A DNA stretch of 64,000 bases from NCBI GenBank assembly GCA_964016885.1, contig OZ024741.1:90830001-90894000 (forward strand), in the 5' to 3' direction. The position numbers and the translations under genes were made by a program. The DNA comes from Eledone cirrhosa (lineage: Eukaryota). The notes under the pieces were generated by a model, which ran no database searches, had not been told where the DNA came from, and saw nothing but the letters and a program-made list of their open reading frames with translations. Shown here in pieces: positions 13,750-64,000 of the stretch (position 1 is its first letter; the number at the start of each line of letters is the position of its first letter).

Positions 13750-14640
13750 TTGAACTCTCTTACATCTTTCTGTTTTCCAGATGATTATAATCTTAATTCT
13801 TTTAAATTTTCTGTTGATTGTTTTCGGATTTCAAGTTCAGCGTCTCATTAGATATTCCCTGTTGTTGTTTTTTCCCCTTTCTTTCGTTACAAATTAAGTA
13901 GTTACTTGAAACCTAATGTTTTGTTTGTCACTTGCCGCCTTATTGGAATTGAATTCCTTTGTCCTGAGATTTAATTTCAGAGGCCTAAATTGTAAGACTC
14001 GTTCAATTTCCAAGGAAAATAGGCATTCTATTAAAAGTAAAAATAACTATAACATAGAATATACATTTGAACACCAGGACATCTTTTTTTATCTCCAAAC
14101 TAAAACACAAGCTGTCCATCATAGACAGCTTTCAATTTCCAAAGTACAATTCAACGTTTCATCGATTTCTTTTCTTTGATAAAATATTGTTTTGTACTTT
14201 CAGGGACCAAATTCTACATTCCAGTTACTCAGGCTTTCTTTATGACAAGTTACAGCTGGTCCTTACAAGGACTTTCAATCTGCTAGTTTTACTGATGCAA
14301 ACAATGTGGAATTATGAACATTCAAATATAGTTCGCTTTTCACAAATATTGATAAAATCTATTCTGAAAAACTTGCTACAAAAGCATTGTGGCAACACAA
14401 TATTGATGGGTAACAATTCGAAGATTGACTTGAAAGATTGATTTTGATGAATTTCCAGCTAAGGTAACTTAACAACGAACTCAGATTTATAAAGGATAGC
14501 TTGTGATACATTCTGTCAAAAGCTTTACCGAGGTCTAGCACTTTGATACATATTTCCTGACGTACATCTTCCATATCCGAGAAGACACAGTGAGGTGTGT
14601 TATAGTTTAATGAAACCTCGAATTGCCTACTTCAAAATGG
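13750..14640 (-). mobile_element. Highly degraded LINE RT fragment (CR1/L2-like)
   Basis: LDLGKAFDRMYH motif on the minus strand, preceded by A-rich coding-like sequence. Confidence 0.4.
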
Positions 14641-15025
14641 GTTGATTGTTGAGTAGTTCGCCTAGCTAATATGAGTTTAGCGCCTGAAGAAAGGTCACTA
14701 TTCATATTCTATTATACATACATAGATTCGTATATACATATTCTAATATACATACATTCGTACATACATATAATCAAAGGCAAGCATTGCTGCTCGCACT
14801 CATGTGTGCGGGGTTGGGTATATGTGTGTCTGTGTGCGCATGTGTGCGAGTATGTACAGGGCTAGATTTATCGAGGGTTGGGAGGGGAAAATACTCTGTG
14901 CAGCCCTCGTCAAACAGGGCCTCTCTTCTCCGAACTGGGACACATCTTCAAACAAAGTTCCCCCTTCAAACAGTGCCATTGGTACTGTTTAATAGCAGAG
15001 CTAGAAATGGGAACTGTTCATAAAA

Positions 15026-15152
15026 ATAATTTTATCTATATTTTTATCTATAATTTTATCTATAATTTTATCTATAATTTTATCTATAATTTTCTCTATA
15101 TTTTTATCTATAATTTTATCTATAATTTTATCTATAATTTTATCTATATTTT
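15026..15152. repeat. 12-bp tandem repeat (TATAATTTTATC)n, ~10 copies
   Basis: Direct reading; lies ~200 bp beyond the 3' end of the CRE-like ORF. Confidence 0.9.
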
Positions 15153-15359
15153 TAACAACGTAATTGACGTCACTTTTGTTCTAATTTATCAAAGTGCTTC
15201 TACTCCAGCGACACCAGCGATGGTAAAGCACATGTGCATGAGTGTGTGCATTTTTGACTAGTTTCAAACACATTCGTGTGTCCCCTGTAAGGAATATGTT
15301 GAATCCATCTTTAGACAAGATGTATTTTAGTAGAAAATCAGACTTTCCAGTTGTTGTCT

Positions 15360-17600
15360 TCCTGTTTCTTCTACAACTACAACGGTACGCGATGGGGCCC
15401 ACCCACAGCCCCGGCGGACAGAATGGAGAAGGCGTTTCCCCGGAGGACGGCAAGGGAGACGCGCTGGAAAAGCCACTCCAACTCGCGGGGCTCACACCTG
15501 TGGCTGGCCAGCTCAGCCACTATGGTGGTGAGTAAGGAGGTAGCCCTGGGGCCGAGGACACCAGAAGTATCCACTGCCAAGGGAACGACCGCAAACCTGT
15601 CGGAGAGCGACCGGTATTTGAGGAGTTTGGCCTCCTCAGCCCGACGTGGAGCAGAATCTGGGTCAGTCGCAGACTGCACCAGGTTGCGGCTGCAGAAAGT
15701 GTCGGTGCAAGTGGCATCCCAGACGAGGGGTTTTTCACCGCGGAACGGGACGATGGTCATGCCATCTGACTTTTGCCGTACCCTCGATCCAGCCCCACCG
15801 GCTCGAGCTGGGAAGGGAAGCCTGCAGCGTCCAAGCGATGTTTAATGACCTCGTTGAGGGCAGCATGGCGTGGAATGCGGCCGGCACTGTGGCGACAGGG
15901 AAGCGGGTGGAGGCCGAAAGAGTCCACGGTGGAACCGCAGCGACATTGGTGTGGCTGGCAGATCCGGAGGCCGAGCCGCAGGGAAATGCTATGGTTGTAT
16001 AGCTGTGTGCCAGTGGAGAAGGAGGGCAGGGCATGGAGCTAGGCACTACTGTGAGGTTTGGAGGCCGCACGAAAACAAGCACGGTGGTGCTGGTCGAGCT
16101 GGCGCGTGAGCCTGTCTGAGGCCAGGCTGCACTGGATGGCATCCCAAGTGCGTTGGGGGCACTTGACCTCAACAGGGGGAGAAGGAGGAGGGACGTCTAC
16201 TGGGCTAAGTCCCAGCCGGTCGCACGTCTCACATGCGGCCTCACGTTCTCTGAACACAGAGGGTTCTGTTGTGTTTTGTAGAACCCTGCTGACGAGGACG
16301 CGGCACGATGTTACCGACGAAAGATACGCCGGCAAAGCTAGTGAGATCGGGGACCGGAGGCCAAGGCCGCCATACTTGACAGGTGAAGGTTCCTGTTGCC
16401 ACCCTATGTCGTCAAACTTGACGTTGCATATCTCCTCGGCTGCTGCTCGGATACAAGTATCGAGGTCAGCGAGGAGATATCTGGGTGTAGCACGGAGCGC
16501 TGCGGAGTGTATAGAGGATCTTCGGCATGGTGAAGTAGTTCCTCAGCAGAAAGAGAGCTGGGTGGCCGTCAACCAAGGCCAGTCGGCTCATGAGAGTCTG
16601 GAGCTGTTGAAGCCTGGACCTGATGGTGGAGCGGATGGCCGGCGGGTGGATCGGTGACCCGAGGATGAGGACATCCTCTTTGGGGGGTCACCTGAACCTG
16701 GCGGATAATGGACCGCACGTCCAAGACGGAGGCTGCAAAGCTCGCAGCATGGAGGCTGACATTCACCACCTCCGACTTGGCCAAGTTGACCTGGAGGCCG
16801 ATTCCCGCCAGGGCAGGAACCACCGATTGAAGGTCATGGCAGACCGTCCGTACGGGCCCGCCCAACGTAGCATCATCCAAATACCAAACGTTGAGAGGGG
16901 CCGTGATACTCCGGGCGATGTGGTCAATACCAAGGGCGAACAGGAGGGGTCTCAAAGGGTCGCCCTGTTGGGCCCCAGTAGTCGAGGGTATGACCGTATC
17001 AGCAGCAAGGAGCATGCTTGGGGCTCCATACGACAGGTAGGCCAGCGTGTATGCAGAGGCTGGCTCGGCTGAGGCAGGCCTCGAGCAGATGATCCCGGCG
17101 TAAAGAGTTGAAGGCATTCCTCATGTCAAGCTTGACAATGAGGTGCCTGGAGTCCCTGGATGCCGGTTCCGATTGGTAGCTGTTGAACTGCCTGGTTGCA
17201 TGAGCGGCCCCCTCACAGCTACTAGACACGCCGACACCCAGTTGCACCGGACTAAACTCCTCACCCAGTTCGTGTGTTACGGACTTGCAGATCACCTTGG
17301 CAGCCAGCCTCCGGAAGATATTGCCCACAGCAATAGGGCGTATGCCACCCTCTTTCTTCTTGAGAGCGGTGAGGCTGGCCGAAAAAAGAGGCCTCGGGCG
17401 TAAGGGTCCAGGGCGCCATGGATGAGCCTATTGATGAGCGCCAGAATTGCACTCAGAAGACGGCGCCCGGCCTCAGTGGAGAGGGGGGATATCAACTCCT
17501 TGAGGTGGCCTGGTCGGAGACCATCAACACCTCTACATCAGAAGCCACAAGGAGCAAGTGGGGGTCGGGTGGTGGTATGGGTCTGAGATCAGTGGGTGCA
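15360..17600 (-). mobile_element. CRE-clade-like non-LTR retrotransposon (RT + Cys/His knuckle + restriction-like endonuclease), degraded and 5'-truncated
   Basis: KLDMRNAFNSL, GAQQGDPL..LLFAL, WYLDD, YGGLGLR, CRCG...GLHPLPC and DG...PF..EKPLVWD...AEEAK..KY...PLAVDTSG; GC-rich island. Confidence 0.88.
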
Positions 17601-18799
17601 GTTATTATTTGAGGTTATATTTCCCTTCTATGATGTATTCCATCATAACAGCACATACTGCTTCCCAGCATCATGGATTAAACTGTGAGTTAATGCCGCG
17701 AATGTTTGACTATTTGGTAATCAAATAATCCAAGCGTACAATCATCAATGTAGATATGGATAGAGTCTAGTGGATTTGAGAATGTGCTAGAAGTGATGAA
17801 GTAGCGTGGTAAATGTTTAAGATAAAAATTCATTAACTAAAGAGGGTTGGTATCTGATGCAGGCAAATTTCCTTCATTGATGTCAGGATCAACATCTTTA
17901 TGGGCTCGCGTGTTGAGTTACGTATGGAGAACTATAATGTTTAATAATTCGCGACTAGTATATCAGCTCTGTACGGCTCTCATTCAATGGGATGAAAAAG
18001 CCTGTAAATGGGTATGCTTGCTCCAAGGAATGGCATAATATTAGATACCACATACATATATGTATATATACAGGTACATATATTAATGAACTTGTATTTC
18101 ACGTTAAACACAGAGGGACATCAGTAAATAATAATAACGATATTTAGATATGAAAATATAGATGTACATATCTCTATTTCGGGGGTTATTTTTTTTCCCG
18201 TGTGTGTAGCAACACGTAGTTGTGTGTGTTGCTGCTCACTCTAGCAGGGCCCAAGAAGACACGTCTATCCTTCATGTTTTTAGGTATATCAATGGTGTTT
18301 CTTGAAGGTTATATATATTTAAGTGAGTGTATGTGTGGTTATATGTTTATGTGTGAATGTATGACCAATCCATTGCTATCTCCATCATTTCACCTCATGA
18401 CCTCTCTCGCTCCCTTATTTCTTTTTTCTAAAAGTCGCCAAACATTTGTCACAGTGTTTACTTGCCGCTAACATGTAAGTAAATTATTTACTATTATGTA
18501 ACTTTGATAAAATATATCTTAAAAACATTAATGTATTTTAACTGTTAAATTTCAAAAATCTAACCGCTCCAGTGAAATATATATAAATACATACATTTAT
18601 GAAAGAACCTTCATTATGTCACAAGCACCGGCTCAATAATGAGAAATTCTGTTCTTTGCATTTAAATTTTGTATGTATGAATCGTCAATTAAAATTTCGT
18701 GCACCAAATGAATTTTGATATGTAAACTTGGTAATTTGCTGTGTATTCAAATGTTCTGTCTTTGAGAGACCGATACTAAGAAATTAGAAGTTCTGCTAA

Positions 18800-19280
18800 T
18801 TGAGCGGTATGTGAATGAGGAGAGGGATGTTACTGAAACTGAAGAGAACGATGTAAGCTGCGTGTGTGAGAGAGATATACCATGATTTATGGGAACGACA
18901 CAAGGGTGAAATTCGTTCATCAGCCAAACTGTGGAGCAGCAGAGAAAGATGGAAAAGGTAAAAATGAGAATTGTAAGGCGAGTGAGTGGAGTATTGCTCA
19001 GAAGGATGATAACAAATAAGGAACTGCAGAAGATGATGGGAATAGAGCCAGTGATGAATATTGTAAAGAGAAATGGAATAGCATGGTTGGGTCAGGAAGA
19101 ATGAAAGTAACTTGGTAAGAGTAGTGATGGAAATTAATGTAGAGCGAAGTAGAAAAAGGAGAGGACCAAAGAATATATGGCTGGGAATAACGGTGGAGGA
19201 AATGACAGCCAGAGTATTACTGAGGGAGAATGCATCCAATGTGGCAAAATGTAGAATCTTGCATGGGGCGTGGGAAAATG
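18800..19280 (+). mobile_element. Degraded RTE-like LINE 3' fragment
   Basis: Purine-rich sequence with RVVMEINVERSRKRRGPKNIW, similar to the RTE C-terminal G.R..GRP..W motif. Confidence 0.4.
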
Positions 19281-20107
19281 GTCTTAAAGTGTTTGTTATT
19301 GTTCTGGGAGGGGCCCTCCAAACCTGAATTTCCCCGTGCTTCCCAATGTCTAAACCTGGCCCTGGGTATGTGTGTATGTGAAGATAGAGAGACAAAGAAT
19401 CTTATTCATAGATAGACAGGTAAACAAGTTGCATTGAATAGAGCTATTTTCTTTGAAACGATCTACAGAAGAGATATTGTATAACTGTCAGTTTGTCATT
19501 ATCTCTTTCTATATATTTGCATTGAAAACAAAACAAAACAAAAAACCGTTTGTTCATTTATTGTCATTCTGTTTATATTCAAAGTATATAACTCCTACTT
19601 AATTCCAGATTACTTCTGCTAGCAGACTTCACAATAAAACAATACATTTTTTTAAAATCACCGCCACGTTTCACCTTCTTCTTCTTCTTCTTCTTCTTCT
19701 TCTTCCTTTTTTGTAAATTGCCTTCTTTTCACACACAAAAGCAGGTGTTTGTAGTTGATGTTCAAGTTTACTCCCTCATATAAGGTGTGAAATGCGAATA
19801 GCACTCACACTGTGATTCTCATCCCAACTAATATTCCCTCTGATTGGTACGATCAGAGGGCCAAAGCTTTAGAGACCACTTTTCATTGGTCATCTGGCGC
19901 GACATTCAAACTCGTATACTTTTGTGTAGACTTTGGCATACACACTCGACCTCATTCACAAACATAACACTGCCTTCTATTGACGATCACCTTTAAATAC
20001 TGGGCTTTTACTCACAGCCTGTCATATTTGTCTTGTCTGTTCACCGGACTTATTCGGAGAATTTAGTGAGTTCATTTACGTACAACTCCTCTGAGAGTGT
20101 CTGCGGT

Positions 20108-20125
20108 GTATATATATATATAACG
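20108..20125 (+). promoter_or_regulatory. Candidate TATA box upstream of exon 1
   Basis: Short GTATATATATATATAA about 105-120 nt upstream of the ATG. It cannot be firmly distinguished from a short TA microsatellite. Confidence 0.3.
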
Positions 20126-20227
20126 TCACTGTTCAATACATTGACAGCGTCACCTCCATACATTCGCAAAGGCAAGTGAACTGGTGATATTTATATATAT
20201 ATACAGAATATATTCAAGATAATCAGC

Positions 20228-57524
<37,297 letters not shown>

Positions 57525-57575
57525 ATTCGACTTCTATTATTTGCACTATTTTCTCTATCAATCAAAACTATGAAT

Positions 57576-57581
57576 AATAAA
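57576..57581 (+). terminator. Candidate polyadenylation signal AATAAA
   Basis: AATAAA about 50 nt after the stop codon of the CBM14 exon. Confidence 0.5.
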
Positions 57582-57604
57582 ATTTTACATATGATGATAA
57601 TATT

Positions 57605-57647
<43 letters not shown>

Positions 57648-57811
57648 CGATGATGTTGATTATTTTAATTTGAACACATATTAATGAATATTTGTTTTTT
57701 ACATCAAACATGTTTCACACACACATACATACATAAATACATACATACACACACGCACACACACACGCACACTCACGCACGCACACACACGCACGCGCAC
57801 GCACACACACG

Positions 57812-57936
<125 letters not shown>

Positions 57937-58599
57937 ATATTAAATATATTATTGTTTATGTATAAACAACTCTTTCTATATAATTTATGTGCTTTATCCT
58001 GTGATTTTAGAATAAAAGTAATGCATGCATAATTTTCTCTCGATAATTCTTCCTGAAAATTTTATAACCTGCTCTATGCAATATTAAAGAAAATCAAATA
58101 TGTATTCCACAGCTCAGGCGAATCAATAAAGCTATCAAAATGAAATAAAGAAATTACCAGATTAGTTTTATAGATATGGCGTTCTTTTATTATTTATATT
58201 TTCTTCGTCATCAATCCTCAAGCTGAGTATGTGACATCTTCAAACATCTAATAGATACATAGTTATGAAATACTATAACAAGTACTGAGATTGCAAGGGG
58301 AATTATCGTAATCTTCTCACTATCCTTAAAATTTTACAAAGCGTGTTTTAGACATATAACCTGGTTTACGTACCGTGTTCTATAACTATCTAATCAGAAG
58401 AGAGCTTCTAATTGTTAGCTCCACCTGCTAAAATAGCGACGAAATCCCTTTCAAATTAAATCGCACTGTATTCAAACAAATGGACATATTGAATGTAGTC
58501 CCGGCATACATTATATCAGACAGAAGGAAATGATGGTTATGACTTGATTGTGAAAACAGTTCTACCTAAATTATGACATCAAATGTATCTTTTATAAAA

Positions 58600-59560
58600 T
58601 TCATTTTTATTAGAATTAAAGAAACTTACACCAGCTCAACAGCATATATCAAAACAGATTCGGGAACTACATGCTGTATAGACATCTTGAAGGGGGTAAA
58701 GCAGGGGGATGGATGTACTATCAGCACTTCTTTTCTATATAGTTATAGCTGCACTTATCTACCAAACTGAAGAAGTATGTTCCTCTGGATATCAAATAGG
58801 AGGTAAATCTTATCGAATCTTAGCTATGCAGACGATCTAGCCGTCATGAGTTACTCTAGAACTGATCTGCAAGACTTTCTGATTGTACTGGCCAAACATT
58901 CGCTGGAGGTTGGCTTACACATCAACATCCAAAACAAAGTGTATGACAACCGATAAAATCAATGCCAATCTCCAACTCACAATCTACAACCAGCAAATTA
59001 CTCAAGTTATGGAGTTTGTATATCTCGGTCACAACAATGGAATGGTTGCTGCACAGTATCGCATCGTTCTAGGTTGGACAGCTTTCAACAAGAACAAGGA
59101 AAACGAGTTTCCTATCATTTGAAGGCTAAGATCTTTGATACTTACATCCTACCAGTTGTGTTATATGGTCTTGACTGTGATAATTGGACGACAAGGTCAC
59201 TTCAGAAGTTCTCTACATTCCGGGACCACCATGAGACTTATGACTGGCAAGCAGCTCAGCGACCGATCTGTATCAGTGAGCCGCTCAACATTACCAAACT
59301 TAGACCAATTACATCAATTGTCAAGTCAAGAGTACTCAAACTATACGGTCATATAAAAAGATCAACTCGAGGTGTGAGTAGGTTATGCCTGGAACTGGCT
59401 GGTAAGAGATCAGAGGCCGGCAGCCAAATGGCTTAATAATGTCACCTTATGGACTGGACTTGATCTTTGCTCTTTAAACTCTGCTGCTGTTGATGGAACT
59501 TTCTGGAGAAGAATACCTTATGTTGATGCACAATCTGCAACTGGCGGAGTTTAGCATCAC
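58600..59560 (+). mobile_element. Degraded LINE RT fragment (RTE-like)
   Basis: KGVKQGD, LSYADDL, KTKCM, EFVYLG, ILPVVLYG and LKLYGHI. Confidence 0.75.
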
Positions 59561-59759
59561 AGGAAGATAATAGCTTTAACACTTGAAGAACAGACAAATA
59601 CTCTTTTTATGTTGTCTATTTTGTTTATTTCTTAGTACGTCAAAACGTTCCGTCGGAACTCTAAAACTTAGTTACTCGCAAAATTCACAGCCTCTGTTGA
59701 AAATCAGTTACTGATATAATTTTATATTCATTATCAATAGTACTTATTGATAATAGTAT

Positions 59760-59900
59760 TTTTCAAATCCCACCGAGGGTAGCTTTATCTCTCATCCTTG
59801 CTATAAAATAAAGAACTTGTTACCTACTGGAGTCGATTTAGTCGACTTTAACCGTCCCTTCAAATTGCTAGCCTTGCACCAAAACTAGAAACAATAATTC
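59760..59900 (+). mobile_element. Diverged SINE 3' part
   Basis: TTCAAATCCCACCGAGG...GTCGATTTAGTCGAC...AATTGCTAGCCTTG. Confidence 0.65.
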
Positions 59901-60221
59901 ATTCTTCTAGGTGTAGAGACAACGTTTGCGATGTAGATTCTCTCCCTGAGTGTTATAGTGAAGGTACGTGGCATAAGGTTGTAAGTTCGATTACCAGCTA
60001 CGCATTGTGTCTTCGAGTAAAACATTATATTTCACATTGCTCCAGTTCACTTAGTTTGGAAAAAACTGAGATACCTGTATTTCAAAGAGACGGCTTTGAC
60101 ACACACTATGGCATACCGAATATTCTTGAGAATTACGTTAAACATATCTGTAGAATGCTCTGCCACTTACACGATAATTTCATGAGCAGGTTGTTCCATT
60201 GCTCGAAGCGACGGAGGTCCA

Positions 60222-60280
<59 letters not shown>

Positions 60281-60424
60281 GACTAGTATAGTACAAGTCT
60301 ATTTACATTAGATGATTACTGAGTTGGTGTATTTGGCCATTATAATAAAATACTAGATAACGGATAATAAAATATATAAGATATAAATTACACGTACATA
60401 TGCACGTACACACTCACACACTTA

Positions 60425-62265
60425 TGGTAGATAAGAAACTACAAAGCTTAGCTAAGCGTGAGGCGTTTCTCACCCTGAAGGATCACATGGTAGACTTTGC
60501 TTCTAATCCCACGTGTAGACTACTAAACCCGGCACGCACGGAAATGTGACTAGTCAGTAAGGCTATACTTAGGAACATAGTTAAGACCATTAGGACCAAG
60601 ACAACCTGTCCCAGTGGGAGAACTGCGACTCCATCATTAAGTGGTTCAACTCCTTCAACTCCCAAACAGCGAAGCTGTTCGACATTGTGGATTTTTACCC
60701 GTCGATCTCTTCGGCCCTGTTGAACAAAGCGTTGGACTTTGCTACCACTTACACTACCGTCCATGGTTTAGACAGGGAGATCATTGCACACTGCAGGAAA
60801 ACCCTCCTCTTCAACAACGGAGTAGCCTGGACAAAGAAGTCAACCACTTCAGAACTATTCGACGTCTCCATGGGATCGTTCGACAGTGCTGACGTATGCG
60901 ACTTGGTTGGCTTATTTATTTTAGATATATTACGTGCTAGATTCCCGGACTTCCACACGGAAATATACCGCGACGATGGTCTATCCCTATCTAGCCATAA
61001 AAGTGGTCACGACCTGGACCGATTTTAAAAAAAATTCTACATTTAATGAGTTAGGACTTAGGATAACGATAAGTACCAACCTCTCTAGCGTAGATTTCTT
61101 AGACATAAATTTAGACCTTCGCACACATACCTTCAGACCCTTCATTAACTAAACGAAAAACTTAATTATATATACAAGGACTCATGCCACCCTCCTACTG
61201 TTTTTAGAAACTTCGTATATAATATCGGTACTAGAATCTCTAACCTATCCTCTAATCTTTGACAGAGCGGCCTCCTACTACAACACAGCGTTAGCTAACA
61301 GTGGCTTCTCGTAACCAATTACTTACTCCCCCGCCTAACACCAACACCAATAAGAATAGAAATCGCGCCAATAGACAAACTATCTGGTTCTCCCCCCCCC
61401 CCCCCCCCTCCCCCTTCTCACTCAACGTTAAAACTAATGTAGGAAACAAATTTTAGCCCTCTTAGATAGACAATTTCCCATAGGTCACAAATACCGCTCC
61501 ATCTTTAACAGACACAGGGTAAAACTAGGCTACTCCTGCGCTAAGAATATGAAGGCTCACATCACCAACAGCCCTAAGAGCGGCACCCCACCAGGATGCT
61601 CTTGCCTGAAGTTTGTCTCCTTCAACAGCAATGCAACACACCCGCTGTAGTTTATGAAGCTGTGGTCACTTCGAACCGACCAAATCAACATCAGGAGGTC
61701 AAATCCTATGTGGGTACGGCGGAGGGCCAGTTTAAGGAACGCTTCCTAAACCATCAGTCGACCTTTAGGTACCCGGACAAACGATCGTCCACGAAGCTCG
61801 CGAGCTACGTATGGTCCCTCAAAGACTCAGGTGTAGACTACTCCATTCAATGGAAAGCTGTCACCAAGTCCAAGCCATACGCCGGGGGTAATCCGTCTTG
61901 TGTACTGTGTGTTGAAGAAAGGATCAATATTCTAAGGAGATTAAGCAATAGCGATTGCCTAAATTCAAGATATAAACTTTTCCGATGTTGTCCACATGTC
62001 TAGAAATACCTCTTGCATAACTACAAAGCTCCGGATTGGATAACATCAACATTCTAATATTCTAATCAAATCGAACAATATAATTCGGACTTTCGACCGT
62101 GGATTTTTATCGCTTGGGAGAGGTGACCGTTTCTGCGCATGCGTATTAATACGGTTCTTTCTCGTTTTCCTGTTCCGTATAACCATTATCAGTCCGTCTT
62201 GAAGATCCGTAAGGTGAAACAATTGTTCTCGGTATGGTGAACTAACTGTTGTGTCACTACTTCTA
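60425..62265 (+). mobile_element. Degenerate Penelope-like element (Hydra-like), 5'-truncated
   Basis: LKDH..DF...P.CRL.NP, FDIVDFYPSI, FDVSMGSFDSA, IYRDDGL, VDFLDI, VVYEA...SYVG and CVLCVEE. Hammerhead-like motif at 62194-62232. Confidence 0.88.
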
Positions 62266-62468
62266 TATATCTCTCTCTATATATATATGAATTTAAAAAA
62301 GTGAGAACGGGGCTGTGTGGTTACCAATAAATAGCATTTAGGAAACGTGAGAGAAAAGTCAAACACAAGGACAATTCCCGCTCATCACTCTTATCTTTCT
62401 CTCACCTTCAGTTCTTTCTCCCTCCCACTTTCTGATTCTCTTTCTTTCTTACTAACTAACTCCTTTCT

Positions 62469-62516
<48 letters not shown>

Positions 62517-62595
62517 CTACTTTTCCACTCCTACCCACTTCCGTTTTCCTTCGTTTCTTACTTTCCACAACTGTTGTCGCTATGATCAGGCATTA

Positions 62596-62672
<77 letters not shown>

Positions 62673-63000
62673 GCTTGTTAATACGGTTTCAGAACTTATG
62701 TTCGGCCACTAGTATTAACCCTTTCCCTTTCCTTTTCCCTCGGTTACAACCACACTTTCATGTACTGCTACCTTTGTTTTGTTTTTCCCTTTCTCTATCG
62801 GTATATCTTACTTTCTTTTTGATTTTTTTTTTTTCGGTGTCTTTGTTATCATCCGTTGTGTTCTTCCTGGATAGTTATCCATTTTAGTTATTAACACACT
62901 CTGCTGAAATGTACTGTCTTTAATGCATTCGAAACATAGTGATCCACAGAAGACAGCCGATGAGCAGGAATTGTCCTTGTGTTTATATATATATATATAT

Positions 63001-63157
63001 AACGAAGGAAATGTGGTAAGGAACCAGGTGGACCATAACGCACCAAAGTACTCAATACTTAGGGTAGTAGAGTGGGTAATAGGAGCAAGTAAGACCCCGA
63101 CGGCTGAGCTCAAGCCGTTTCGACGGCTTGAGCTCAGCCGTCGGCGTCTTACTTGTT

Positions 63158-63159
<2 letters not shown>
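63001..63159 (-). mobile_element. Family X copy with fold-back
   Basis: Same terminal sequence; hairpin ATAGGAGCAAGTAAGAC...GTCTTACTTGTTCCTAT. Confidence 0.85.
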
Positions 63160-63243
<84 letters not shown>

Positions 63244-63262
63244 TATATATATATATATATAC

Positions 63263-63293
<31 letters not shown>

Positions 63294-63308
63294 CATACAC
63301 ACACACAC

Positions 63309-63379
<71 letters not shown>

Positions 63380-63386
63380 TATATAC

Positions 63387-63427
<41 letters not shown>

Positions 63428-63744
63428 CAATATTAAATAAATGGAAACTATATTTATAAAACCATATTTATTTCATTATATATATTTCGGGGATATCATA
63501 TTAACAATATGCTATGCCTTCCTCAGACAAAATACAATATAAACAGTTTTATAGATAAATAGATTCGACATACCGTTATAACACCGACTTCCATTTGAAG
63601 AGGTTTAAACTGGCAGTGAAAAAATTTTACACAGAGAGAAAGAAAGAGAGAAAAAAAGAAAGAAAGACAGAAAACGAAGAAAAGGAAGAAAAAGAAGAAA
63701 TGCATGGAACAAAATAGAGAGATGGAAAGATAGATAAAGCGAAG

Positions 63745-63821
<77 letters not shown>

Positions 63822-64000
63822 CAAATCGTAAGGGACCAGATTCGCTAGGGTGAAAAAGATACTAACTATGGTGGACAATAGGGTTTTCCAGACTCAATTT
63901 AAGAATAAATCAAGAAAGTAAATACAAACCGGAATTGTGGCAACTACCAGACACCCAGACAGCGTTTGGTGCTGCTGTTTCGCAATTTAATTGTGAAGAG

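Noticed and set aside
15242-17612. Plus-strand ORFs of 100-200 aa over the GC-rich island
   Set aside because: They are antisense shadows of the minus-strand CRE-like element.

Overview
AT-rich, microsatellite-dense eukaryotic DNA. The SINE, RTE and Penelope repertoire resembles cephalopod (Octopus-like) genomes; the species is an inference. The one host gene (+ strand, 20228-57524) was assembled by hand from phase-compatible GT-AG exons. It encodes an approximately 771-aa protein: signal peptide, Notch-ligand N-terminal C2/MNNL domain, DSL domain, 13 EGF repeats, and a C-terminal CBM14 (peritrophin-A) chitin-binding domain. No transmembrane or intracellular part was found, so it reads as a secreted Delta/Jagged-like ectodomain fused to a chitin anchor. 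The gene also carries a stop-containing extra EGF exon, a duplicated splice acceptor and an 18-nt microexon. The rest is mobile DNA: four Penelope-like elements (RT plus C-terminal GIY-YIG, Hydra-clade-like, one almost intact with ~300-bp direct pLTRs and variant hammerhead motifs), many short (TA)n-embedded fold-back elements with hammerhead-like motifs, CRE-like and RTE-like LINEs, a hAT/Charlie-type transposon with an 8-bp TSD, tRNA-derived SINEs, and mini/microsatellites.
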